A DNA stretch of 64,000 nucleotides, from the sequence record DRR378314_1513; one strand, given 5' to 3'. Shown piece by piece: positions 48,763-57,503 of the stretch (position 1 is the first letter of the stretch; each line of letters begins with the position of its first letter). The position numbers and the translations under genes are program-made. Below the pieces are notes generated by a model. It did not search any database, was not told the DNA's origin, and worked only from the letters and a program-made list of their open reading frames with translations.

Positions 48763-49881
48763 CTATGCCGCCCCGGCGAGAGATGGAAACTTTGCGCGCA
48801 ACTTTGGAAGCACTTCTTCCGCAAATTTCGGCATTCCCTCAATATAGTCGGGGAAGATCAGCATGAGACCATCCAGACCCGACACTTCCAATTGCTGGGA
48901 CAGACGCTCCACAACTGTATCAGGCGATCCTGCAACGTGCGGCGACATGAAGGATGATCTGGCCTTTTTCACGAACGCATTCTCCTTGCCGATTTCGGCA
49001 TCCAGGAACCCGTAGGCGCGCATCATTCCGCGCAGGGCTTCTTCATCGAGACCATCCCGATAGTGTTGCGCCGTCGCTTGAGCCTCTTCATCTGTATCGC
49101 CGAGGACAACGGTCATCATCGCGTACGTGCGGATGTACCGCCCCATTTCGGCGGCGATGCCTTTCACCTTGTTGCTGGCAGCGGCCAGCACCTCAGGAAC
49201 GTCGCCAGACAAGAAGATCGCGTCCATTTCGTTCGCGCTGAATCGCATTCCCTTTTCAGACGTACCCGCACAAACAAGGAATGGCTTTTTCGATGGCTTG
49301 GGATTCGAGACGCAGTCATCCAGTTGGAAATACTTGCCATCCATTGTGACAGAGGGCTCGGTCCACAAGCCCTTGATGGCCTTGATCCACTCGTCAGCGA
49401 GGTCGTATCGGGCATCGTGGTCAACATCGTCCGGCCACATACCCATTTGGGAGAACTCGCCCTTATAGGAACCCGTGACCACATTGAGCCCTGCCCGTCC
49501 GTTCGATACCTGATCCAGCGTAGCAATCATTTTCGCGACCGTTCCCGGATTTTGCAGGATCGTGTGGACAGTGGTCCAGACCTTCACGGTTTTGGTGACT
49601 TCTGCCAGCGCTGCCATCGTGACCGTCGCGTCGAGTGTCGCATCCCACTGTTTGGTTTCGCCGCCATATCCGCGATACTTTGCCATGGACATGATGAAGT
49701 CGTATCCCAGCTCTTCTGCCAAAACCGCGACCTTGCGGTTGTAGGCATATGACCCATCGAGCTCCGGCTTGTTTCTCGACAGGATCCACCCCCCATTGGC
49801 GATCGGCATGAAGATGCCCAGATCCTTGCCTCCGGTATCGGATGGCAAGTCAAACTTGGTTGGAGAAACTGGCTCTGACAT
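48763..49881 (-). CDS. Luciferase-like flavin monooxygenase, RutA (pyrimidine monooxygenase)-like
   Basis: LGIFMPIANGGWILS, AEELGYDFIMSMAKYRGYGG, AKMIATLDQVSNGR-GLN-VTG, EFSQMGMWP, CAGTS--GM-F. Confidence 0.83.
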   Translation of the reverse strand: MSEPVSPTKFDLPSDTGGKDLGIFMPIANGGWILSRNKPELDGSYAYNRKVAVLAEELGYDFIMSMAKYRGYGGETKQWDATLDATVTMAALAEVTKTVKVWTTVHTILQNPGTVAKMIATLDQVSNGRAGLNVVTGSYKGEFSQMGMWPDDVDHDARYDLADEWIKAIKGLWTEPSVTMDGKYFQLDDCVSNPKPSKKPFLVCAGTSEKGMRFSANEMDAIFLSGDVPEVLAAASNKVKGIAAEMGRYIRTYAMMTVVLGDTDEEAQATAQHYRDGLDEEALRGMMRAYGFLDAEIGKENAFVKKARSSFMSPHVAGSPDTVVERLSQQLEVSGLDGLMLIFPDYIEGMPKFAEEVLPKLRAKFPSLAGAA

Positions 49882-49936
49882 GTCTTCAATTCCCTCATTT
49901 CGATACCGGACTATCACCAAGGCAAGCCATCCGGTT

Positions 49937-49974
49937 CTTGATTTCTCGCGCCTCAACTATTGATCGGCGAACAT
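49937..49974 (-). promoter_or_regulatory. Tandem AraC-type site upstream of the RutA-like gene
   Basis: CTTG-atttctc-GCGCC-tcaact-ATTG. Confidence 0.65.
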
Positions 49975-49987
49975 CTTCCACAGGCGC

Positions 49988-50308
49988 TCACATTTCCTCA
50001 GGCGCAACTTCCACGCTCAAACCTGACAGCTCATCCGTCATGATGATCTGGCATGATAGCCGGGATTGGGGCCGTGCATTGTCGGAGAAATCGAGCAACT
50101 CCTTTTCCGGTTCGGATGCAGCCCCCGTACGATCCAGGAACTCATCCCCCACGAAGACATGACAGGTTGCGCACGCGCAGGCACCCCCGCAAATTGCAGC
50201 GATATCTTCGGCGCCAGAAGCAGATATTGCCTCCATTACGCTATGGCCAGCGGTTGCCTCTATGACGACCTCTTCTCCGGAGCGCTTGATCACTTTCAGT
50301 TCGGGCAT
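49988..50308 (-). CDS. [2Fe-2S] ferredoxin (putidaredoxin/adrenodoxin type)
   Basis: CGGACACATCH...SRLSCQ. Confidence 0.93.
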   Translation of the reverse strand: MPELKVIKRSGEEVVIEATAGHSVMEAISASGAEDIAAICGGACACATCHVFVGDEFLDRTGAASEPEKELLDFSDNARPQSRLSCQIIMTDELSGLSVEVAPEEM

Positions 50309-50332
50309 TCAGCGTCTTCTTCTGTGGCTTGA

Positions 50333-51415
50333 TCAGGAAATCATTCTGGGCACGGCAGCGTCCGCGACATGGAATTTGCCGATCACTTCATCATCGACAC
50401 CTTCCCGAGGCTTTTCCCTGACCTGCACGACACCATTCTTGCCAAAACCCTCCACAACCGGTCGCCCTGCATCCCGGCTGAGCCACAAGCGCAGAAGATG
50501 GCGTTTGCGTTGCGGTTCAGGATGATCAAAGAACTCCGTACGAGAATGAAGTGCGGCGTAGTTGGATAGCCACTGAATATCACCGGGGCGAAAATCCATA
50601 TCGATCGCCATGCCTGGCTCGTAGGTAATTTCGTCAAACAGCGCGAGCACTTCCTTTTGCGCATCCGTCAACTTCGGCACCCCCGGATATTCCTGCGCCG
50701 TCAGAATATAGAGCGAGCCCGCATACATGCTGAACACGCCTTCTTCGATACTGATCACCGGCGATGTGTACGTGTTGGCCGGGGCATTATGGTCTTGCCG
50801 CCGCCAGTCCCAGTGAAACGGCTCCAGCAGCAATGGCGCAAGGTCGGGCCGGCGACGCAGAATTTCATTATAGATCTCGGCACCTGACACCAGACAGGAT
50901 GCGCCCCCTTCCTTTGCGGGTCTCAGGCACATCAGGGCGACAATGTCGGAACTGTCGGAATGATAGACCAGCTTGTCGCGCACCTTTGATGAGAGCGCCG
51001 TCGGGTCATCCATCGTCTTGTCGGACGTCGCGTAGATATGGTCGATCAAGTCTCCCATCTCGTTCTGACGGATCGGATCTCCCATGTGCAGGCCGAGAAT
51101 GTAATAGATCGCCGAAGACAGGGCATCCGAATACAAATGCGTTCGCAATCCCCGCACCAGAACGAAACCCCGCCCCGTATCGACATCACGGCCCCAGGCT
51201 TCCACCGCTTCGGCGCATGCTGTCAGGGGATACTCAGATGCCTGCACGAACCGAAGGTCTGGATCCGCCTCAACAAACCGGGCTCCGAGGTCCTCCAGTT
51301 CTTCCACCTGCTCAGGTGACAGATGGTAGATCCATTCCTCGCCAGCCTTGATCTCATCGCCACGCCAGGCCGCCGCGGTCGTCACAGGTTTGCACACAGC
51401 TTCAGTCGTCATCAT
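50333..51415 (-). CDS. TauD/TfdA (clavaminate synthase-like) Fe(II)/2OG dioxygenase
   Basis: GRGFVLVRGL, YHSDSSDIVALMCLR, GGAS-LVS, PGDIQWLSNY--LHSRT, RHLLRLWL. GGAGG RBS. Confidence 0.88.
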   Translation of the reverse strand: MMTTEAVCKPVTTAAAWRGDEIKAGEEWIYHLSPEQVEELEDLGARFVEADPDLRFVQASEYPLTACAEAVEAWGRDVDTGRGFVLVRGLRTHLYSDALSSAIYYILGLHMGDPIRQNEMGDLIDHIYATSDKTMDDPTALSSKVRDKLVYHSDSSDIVALMCLRPAKEGGASCLVSGAEIYNEILRRRPDLAPLLLEPFHWDWRRQDHNAPANTYTSPVISIEEGVFSMYAGSLYILTAQEYPGVPKLTDAQKEVLALFDEITYEPGMAIDMDFRPGDIQWLSNYAALHSRTEFFDHPEPQRKRHLLRLWLSRDAGRPVVEGFGKNGVVQVREKPREGVDDEVIGKFHVADAAVPRMIS

Positions 51416-51479
51416 GGCCTCCAGGCTCTGGAAATTCAGCAGATTTGAAATTGAGAGTATCAACGCCGAGTGCATCGGT

Positions 51480-51517
51480 CTTGCACCGAGCGACATGAAT
51501 TCTTGTGGCGTGCTGAA
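51480..51517 (-). promoter_or_regulatory. Tandem AraC-type site upstream of the dioxygenase-ferredoxin unit
   Basis: CTTG at 51480 and 51502 (22-bp period). The first is followed by N6-GCGAC. Confidence 0.55.
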
Positions 51518-51532
51518 TTGCTGAAAAAGGCA

Positions 51533-52366
51533 TCACACTGCCTCCGCAGAAACAGAATGCGTGAGCTCTTTGAACGCATCCATAGCATCAAGTTGGCTTC
51601 TGAGATGGTCGGTCGCGTATTTGTACGCATCCGCGCCCAATAGTAGCAGCCGCGGCGGCACATCCATCTCCACCAGGTGCGAAATGGCCAATGCGATCTT
51701 GCCTGGGGCGCTTGGTTCCCGGCCCTTGCCTTCCGAAAGCACTTGATGGGCCATATGGGCCGTCGTTTCGTAGTCCGGAATAGTCGGCTCAACTGCGCGC
51801 AAGGAGCCGCCGGCGAAATCCGTGCGCATTCCCCCCGGCGCCACATTCGTCACATGAATGCCAAGTGGCGAAACCTCGTCCGCCAATGTCTGACCAATAC
51901 ATTCGAGCGCATACTTGCTTGCGCCGTAAATTCCGGTTCCTGCCCACGGCGCGAGCCCGCTGGCGGAGGAAATATTCACAATGTGCCCCGCGCGTCGCCG
52001 ACGCATTCCTGGAAGCACGGCCTGGATCATGGCGATGGCGCCAAGAACGTTTACGTCGAAAAGCGATCTGATTTCCTGAATGGAGGTTTCCTCGATGGCT
52101 CCAGTCAATCCGTATCCGGCATTGTTCACAAGCACATCAATCGGACCGTGTTCTCTTTCAGCTTCAGCTACTTTCTCAGAGACGTCATCGAAGTCAGTCA
52201 CATCAAGCAGCAGCGCAATGGCGCGTCCGCCCGCCTGACTGGAAAATTCCTCGTGATCCTGTTCAGAACGCACCGTGCCGATCACACGGTCGCCTTGCTC
52301 CAGCATTTGCAAAGCGATCTGCTTTCCCAGCCCCTTGCTGACGCCGGTAATCAACCAGGTCTTCAT
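51533..52366 (-). CDS. Short-chain dehydrogenase/reductase
   Basis: WLITGVSKGLG, DVLVNNAGYG, NISS, YGASK, PGGMRTDF. Confidence 0.92.
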   Translation of the reverse strand: MKTWLITGVSKGLGKQIALQMLEQGDRVIGTVRSEQDHEEFSSQAGGRAIALLLDVTDFDDVSEKVAEAEREHGPIDVLVNNAGYGLTGAIEETSIQEIRSLFDVNVLGAIAMIQAVLPGMRRRRAGHIVNISSASGLAPWAGTGIYGASKYALECIGQTLADEVSPLGIHVTNVAPGGMRTDFAGGSLRAVEPTIPDYETTAHMAHQVLSEGKGREPSAPGKIALAISHLVEMDVPPRLLLLGADAYKYATDHLRSQLDAMDAFKELTHSVSAEAV

Positions 52367-53295
52367 CCAGGAACCTCCTCCGACTCCATCTCGAAGATGA
52401 TCAGCTCAACATCCTCCCGCGAGGGCATGGATGCGGCGGCGCCATCTTTCTCAACGGACAAGGATGCCGCTATGGATGCGTATTGCATCGCGGCATCAAG
52501 TTGGTCGCCCATGGCAAGTCGCGCGCACAAGGTTCCACAGAAACAGTCGCCTGAACCGGTTGTGTCTCGCGCTTTCGTGCGTCGCGCGGGTGTTACGTGC
52601 AGGTGATTGCGACTGATCGCCAGCGCACCCGCGGCACCACGAGTCACGATGATAACCTGATCCGCACGCGAGAGCAGCGTCCTCGCAATTCGGGTGATAT
52701 CTTCAATATCTTCCGGAAGGCTCTCAATTTCTGCATAGAATGCGAGTTCAGACTCGTTCATCACGATGATGTTCATCACGTGGAACAAGTCATCGCGCGC
52801 CCGCAATATCGCTGGCGCCGCATTCAACACAGCTGTCGTATTGGAGCCTGCAAGCGACGCACAATACGCAAGAGTCGTTTCGATTGGCGTCTCCAATTGG
52901 GACAAGACAACTTTTGCGTCGGCCCGCTTTGGCGGAACGACCTTGAGCTGAGCATTTGCGCCGGCATCGACGACGATGTGATTTTCGCCTGCTGCGTCCA
53001 CGCAGATATAAGCGCGACCGCTCCGCATGGATGGCAGCTTTTCGACATCGCCCGAAGGCACGGAGAGTGCCTCCAACTCTGAAATGAGCCATGCCCCGTC
53101 CTCGTCGTCTCCAAGGCAGGCATGAAATTCCAGATTGACCCCAGACCGCGCGGCGGCAACCGCTTGGTTGGCTCCCTTCCCACCGAGATAATGATCAGAC
53201 CCTGTTGCAGAAACAGTTTCTCCCGGCCTTGGCAAGCTGGCAACACGAAGCACAACATCCAGATTGACGCTTCCCAATATGGTCAGGTCTGCCAT
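52363..53295 (-). CDS. rbsK: Ribokinase (PfkB family)
   Basis: GSVNLD-V----LPRPGET, GGKGANQAVAAAR, QLETP, LNAAP, NESE, DTTGSGDCFCG. Confidence 0.85.
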   Translation of the reverse strand: MADLTILGSVNLDVVLRVASLPRPGETVSATGSDHYLGGKGANQAVAAARSGVNLEFHACLGDDEDGAWLISELEALSVPSGDVEKLPSMRSGRAYICVDAAGENHIVVDAGANAQLKVVPPKRADAKVVLSQLETPIETTLAYCASLAGSNTTAVLNAAPAILRARDDLFHVMNIIVMNESELAFYAEIESLPEDIEDITRIARTLLSRADQVIIVTRGAAGALAISRNHLHVTPARRTKARDTTGSGDCFCGTLCARLAMGDQLDAAMQYASIAASLSVEKDGAAASMPSREDVELIIFEMESEEVPG

Positions 53296-54584
53296 CAGCT
53301 GATCACCTCCTGATCGTGAGCGGATGAGTTCTTGCTGAACTCCGGAAGCAACAGGATCAGGACAGTGCCAAGCAAGAGCAGACCTGCGAGCACCCATACC
53401 GAGGTCACATAGCTGCCCGTGACGTCAAAGCCGATATCCATCAAGACCGGCGCCCCTCCCTGGAAGACTATGACGACGGAGTAGAACACCCCAATGATCG
53501 TTCCGAATGAGCGAAGCCCGAAATAGCGGGACACAAAATAGGACAGACAGCCAAACTCTGCCCCAAGCCCAATGCCCATCAAAGCGGCGCCGATGTAGAT
53601 GGTCGGCAGGGCCGTTCCATACTGGAAACAAAGCAGGCCAAGGATCGCCGCAGCAAACATGGGCACCGCTACTTTTGGCGTATAAAAACGGTCTAGGAAG
53701 TATCCCGTCATAACTTGCCACCCTGCAGTTACCAAGGCGAAGATACTGATGGCCAACGTCGCGGATTGAAGGGAAATGCCGCGATCCATCAGCATGGGCA
53801 CCACATGGGTAAAAATGGCGGTCATGCATCCGGCGCCAAGGGCGACAGCCGCCATGAGAATCCAGAATGTCCGCATGGACGCTGCTTCGCCAAGACTAAC
53901 GCCGGATAGCGTCTCCGTTGCGGGAGAAGCTCGCGCACCTCTTTCGCCCTTCTGGATCACCGCCAGCCGGCCTGGCGCGTCCCGCAGCAATGCAAAAAGA
54001 ACAGGGAACCCAAGACAGAAGACAATCAGGCCAATCCCGATATAGGCGCCACGCCATCCGAACTGTACCAGCATCAACCCGGCCGCAATTGGCATCAAGG
54101 TCGATCCGAGCCCATTGCCGAACCCTGCTGCCACCCCAAGCATCAGTCCTCGCTTTTCATCGAACCACTCGGAAATCACCTTGGAATAAGCAGGCGTAGA
54201 CGGGATGGCCCCCGCCGCGCCGACAAGCGCAAACAGGGCGTAGAACTGAAGCACGGAACCATTCGCCAGCGCCAATCCCGCAACTGCCGGAGCAAACACA
54301 GCGCTTCCGAAAAGGATAATGCGCCGTGAGCCCCATTTGTCAGACAATCGACCGGCGATGGGATATATGATCGCCGACATGACAGCCGTCAGCAGCAGGA
54401 CTCCAGACACAACAGACCGTGGCCAACCAAACTCTGTCGAGATCGGCACAAGGAACAGGCTGAAGACCGCACTGACGGCAGGCGTTGTGCTGACAATATT
54501 CCCCACCGTTGCAGCAACGACCACACCCGTCTTGCGAGTTACCGCCTGCTGCCCGATAGCGTCTGCGCCCGCCAGGTCGGTCAT
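53295..54584 (-). CDS. MFS transporter (OFA/MCT-like)
   Basis: GRLSDKWGSRR, ISEWFDEKRG, GYFLDRF, SRYFGLRSFG. Coupled to its neighbours by ATGA and TGATG overlaps. Confidence 0.9.
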   Translation of the reverse strand: MTDLAGADAIGQQAVTRKTGVVVAATVGNIVSTTPAVSAVFSLFLVPISTEFGWPRSVVSGVLLLTAVMSAIIYPIAGRLSDKWGSRRIILFGSAVFAPAVAGLALANGSVLQFYALFALVGAAGAIPSTPAYSKVISEWFDEKRGLMLGVAAGFGNGLGSTLMPIAAGLMLVQFGWRGAYIGIGLIVFCLGFPVLFALLRDAPGRLAVIQKGERGARASPATETLSGVSLGEAASMRTFWILMAAVALGAGCMTAIFTHVVPMLMDRGISLQSATLAISIFALVTAGWQVMTGYFLDRFYTPKVAVPMFAAAILGLLCFQYGTALPTIYIGAALMGIGLGAEFGCLSYFVSRYFGLRSFGTIIGVFYSVVIVFQGGAPVLMDIGFDVTGSYVTSVWVLAGLLLLGTVLILLLPEFSKNSSAHDQEVIS

Positions 54585-55072
54585 TCGCTGGTATACCCCT
54601 CTGGGATCACCGGATCTGCTCCGCCCTTGCGCCAAAGAATGATCTGGTTGCCCCACGGGTCTTGAAAGGAATCATTGAAGCCATTGAATTCCTTCCAGTA
54701 ATGATTTCGCCAAAGCGTCTTTGCTCCGCGCGCCTCCGCCGCCTCCATGATCCGGTCAACCGAATCATCTTCGCTGACCAAAACCCAGAGCCGGGATGTG
54801 CGGGTGTCTGTCGATAGCGCCCGGGGATCCACTCCTGCCGGATCAGGGTTAGGGCGCAAGTTCTTCACATTGCCGATCCCGATATGCAAATTGCCGATCT
54901 CGCTGTCCGACCCATCTGGATTCTTGAAGTTTCCACCCGGCACCATGCGGCAGTACTGGCCATCCATCCGGACGTCGTCTTCCCAACCCATGACTTCAGC
55001 ATAGAACTTTCCAGCCGCCACGGGATCGTCCGACATCAAGTCAACGAAGATGAGTGTGTTTGGATTTGGCAT
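54581..55072 (-). CDS. VOC/glyoxalase-bleomycin resistance family protein
   Basis: FVDL-SDDP-AA-KFYAEV-GW...GAK......FQDPWGN. Confidence 0.8.
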   Translation of the reverse strand: MPNPNTLIFVDLMSDDPVAAGKFYAEVMGWEDDVRMDGQYCRMVPGGNFKNPDGSDSEIGNLHIGIGNVKNLRPNPDPAGVDPRALSTDTRTSRLWVLVSEDDSVDRIMEAAEARGAKTLWRNHYWKEFNGFNDSFQDPWGNQIILWRKGGADPVIPEGYTSE

Positions 55073-55123
55073 ATAAATTCCCTGTACTTACTTATTCGGT
55101 ATCAAATGATGCATGGTGTCATG

Positions 55124-56161
55124 CTAGGCGCGACCTTGGGCAAACTCTTGATACTCGCCCCATAATTTGTTGACCTCAGCCTCATCCTGGGCGCGGTTTG
55201 CCAGCCCTGTCCGCCGATGCTCGCGCGGCGACAAACCAAACTGCTCCCGAAAGCTGCGACTGAAATGAGCTGAACTGCTGAAGCCCCAGCGAAACGCCAC
55301 TTCGGAAATAGATTCCTGCGCATGGAGCGGGCTGATCAGGTCCGCATGACACCGCTCCAGTCGGCGCTTCTTGAGATATCCGCTGAAATTGTGCCCATCC
55401 GCAGCGAACAGGCGTTGCAGATAACGGGGAGAAACACCAACCTCATCTGCCGCCTTCACAATCGTCAGATCAGGATCCCACAGGAGCGTTTCCAATGTCT
55501 GTTGGATTCTGTGGAGATGGGCCGCTCTTGCGCCCTGCGCGCCACCAAGCGATCGCGTGTCTGCAATTTCAAGCAGCTTGCTCGTCAGCAACTCGATCAA
55601 GGCAAGCTCAACCGGGGGCAGGTCCTGAGTCGAGATGTCGCCAAGCTCATCGGCCATGACGAGAAGCATGCCCAGCAGCATTCGTCCAACACCAACGCTG
55701 CCGTCAATTGTGCCGGATTTGTAATGGGTCGGCGCAATCAGTCGGCCACCCAACGCCACATCCGGAATGCGCACAAACAGGATCGCATTATCTTCGCTCA
55801 CTTCCAGACGGGAGTCGTGTCGCGTCGCGCCGTACACGATCATATTCTGCGTCACGTCTACAGCCACGCCGTCAGAACTGAAGCGCGCATTTCCTTTCAG
55901 CAGGACAAGCAACCATATGCCCGCGCCCTGCTCCAACTCACGCCCATCAATGACTTGGCGTCCAGACTCGATGCGTGCGAATTGCAAGCCCAGCGCCGAA
56001 GACTGAATGGTCATACGCCCGTCAATTGGTTGCCCTTCCGGATCTGACACGAAAGGCAGTCGCAACCGCCGCATGGCGTTGGCCCAGGCCGCATTCCTCT
56101 GCGCGGCAGGCACTGATCGTGTCTGGAACCGCCAGGTCGTGGGGTGTTCTGAAGGGTGCAC
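55124..56161 (-). CDS. AraC family transcriptional regulator (FeaR/NitR-like)
   Basis: N-terminal FQTRSVP--QR-AAW cupin domain. DPDL...VSPRYLQRLF, RRLERC, ISEVAFRWGF-SSAHFSR-FR--FG-SPRE. Confidence 0.92.
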   Translation of the reverse strand: MHPSEHPTTWRFQTRSVPAAQRNAAWANAMRRLRLPFVSDPEGQPIDGRMTIQSSALGLQFARIESGRQVIDGRELEQGAGIWLLVLLKGNARFSSDGVAVDVTQNMIVYGATRHDSRLEVSEDNAILFVRIPDVALGGRLIAPTHYKSGTIDGSVGVGRMLLGMLLVMADELGDISTQDLPPVELALIELLTSKLLEIADTRSLGGAQGARAAHLHRIQQTLETLLWDPDLTIVKAADEVGVSPRYLQRLFAADGHNFSGYLKKRRLERCHADLISPLHAQESISEVAFRWGFSSSAHFSRSFREQFGLSPREHRRTGLANRAQDEAEVNKLWGEYQEFAQGRA

Positions 56162-56175
56162 GTGCCTGCTCCGCC

Positions 56176-57381
56176 CTATTCGGCAGCAACCGCAGCCCCA
56201 ACAGCAGACGGATCGCGCCTATCCCATTCCGCCAGATAGCGGTCGACAAGCCATTCATTGAATTGCGCTTGCGCGCCTTCTTGCCAGGAATACCGCCCAC
56301 GTTTTGCAAAGCGGGAGCGCAGGCCCAGTTGAACCATCTCGTCCACATGCCAATCCTGAGCGATGATATGAGATGTCGAATTCATGATCATCTCCATCTT
56401 GTGCTCGTAGGCCTCATCTTCCATCGCGCCGGGCGCCACAAGTACGCCCGTGTCCATGTAATGCGTTTCAGGACTGTCAGGCCGGATGATCAGATAGATG
56501 ACCATGTCGCTGGTCATGACCAGTGACAGGCTGGGCGGGATATTTGCAAACGTCATCCGGTTTCGGGCTTCATCGGACAGTCCCGGAAAGACCGGCAATA
56601 CCGCCTTCTGTGTGGGATTAAAGCTCGCGTCAGGATGAAGCGTACCGTTGAACCGCAGATAGCCGGCGGCTCCTTTCGGCGCATCGGGGAAACTTGCCTG
56701 TTCTGACGGCACAAAATCATGCAACGGGCCGTGGTGCAGGCGGCTGGCGTGATAGCCATCATTGTTGTTCTCGAACATGACTTTCCAGTTCCACATGAGG
56801 CGTGGCGCCGGGTCAGGTCGGGGCCCTTCCGCATTGGCCAGGTCGTAACCACTAATCGCCTCCTGAACATGCGTCAGCCGGGGCGCCAGTGGCGCAGCAT
56901 TCTGATCGAAATTGATGAAGATGAACCCTTCCCACACCTCAACCTTGAAATTCGGTAGTCCATTTGCCTTGCGGTCGAATTCGCAAGTCTTGTTCATCGC
57001 TGGCGCGCCAACCAGATCGCCATCCAGCGAGTAGCTCCAATGATGATAGGGGCACACAAATCCACGCGCATTTCCGCTGCCTTCGGCAACCAGCATCGCG
57101 CGGTGCTGGCAAACAGACGACATTGCCTTCAATTCGCCTTTGCGATTTCTGGCCACGACAATTGGTTCGTTTACGGTGGAGGTGGTGAAATAGTCGCCCG
57201 GCTCTTTCACCCATTCTTCCCGGCCGACACACAACCAGTCATGCGTAAAGAGGGCTTCCTTCTCAAACTCGTAGAAATTGGCGTCCGTATAGCATTCTGG
57301 CGGAAGCGTTTCAGCTTCGAGAACATCTCCTTTTGAAGATGCCAGAGACTGGATGAACTCTTCGGTGATGGTGATCGGCAT
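56176..57381 (-). CDS. Rieske non-heme iron oxygenase alpha subunit (choline monooxygenase/CntA-like group)
   Basis: CQHR...CPYH Rieske ligands, NWK---EN--DGYH----H mononuclear Fe motif, QD---E-VQ-GL-S. Confidence 0.9.
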   Translation of the reverse strand: MPITITEEFIQSLASSKGDVLEAETLPPECYTDANFYEFEKEALFTHDWLCVGREEWVKEPGDYFTTSTVNEPIVVARNRKGELKAMSSVCQHRAMLVAEGSGNARGFVCPYHHWSYSLDGDLVGAPAMNKTCEFDRKANGLPNFKVEVWEGFIFINFDQNAAPLAPRLTHVQEAISGYDLANAEGPRPDPAPRLMWNWKVMFENNNDGYHASRLHHGPLHDFVPSEQASFPDAPKGAAGYLRFNGTLHPDASFNPTQKAVLPVFPGLSDEARNRMTFANIPPSLSLVMTSDMVIYLIIRPDSPETHYMDTGVLVAPGAMEDEAYEHKMEMIMNSTSHIIAQDWHVDEMVQLGLRSRFAKRGRYSWQEGAQAQFNEWLVDRYLAEWDRRDPSAVGAAVAAE

Positions 57382-57436
57382 GCCCTGAATGTCCTCTTCT
57401 TGTCAGCATCACCCTGTCATTGGCAGCCCGTCCATT

Positions 57437-57474
57437 CTTGTCTCTGCGCGCACAAGAACTTGTTGGGCTCGCGA
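57437..57474 (-). promoter_or_regulatory. Tandem AraC-type site upstream of the Rieske oxygenase
   Basis: CTTG-tctctgc-GCGCA-caagaa-CTTG-ttgggct-CGCGA. Confidence 0.65.
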
Positions 57475-57503
57475 TTTTCGCCGCATCACCGGGAAACACG
57501 CCC

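Noticed and set aside
48100-49881. Calling these genes canonical rutA/rutB
   Set aside because: The family resemblance is clear, but the sequences look divergent from canonical RutA/RutB and rutCDEFG/rutR are absent. Symbols withheld.
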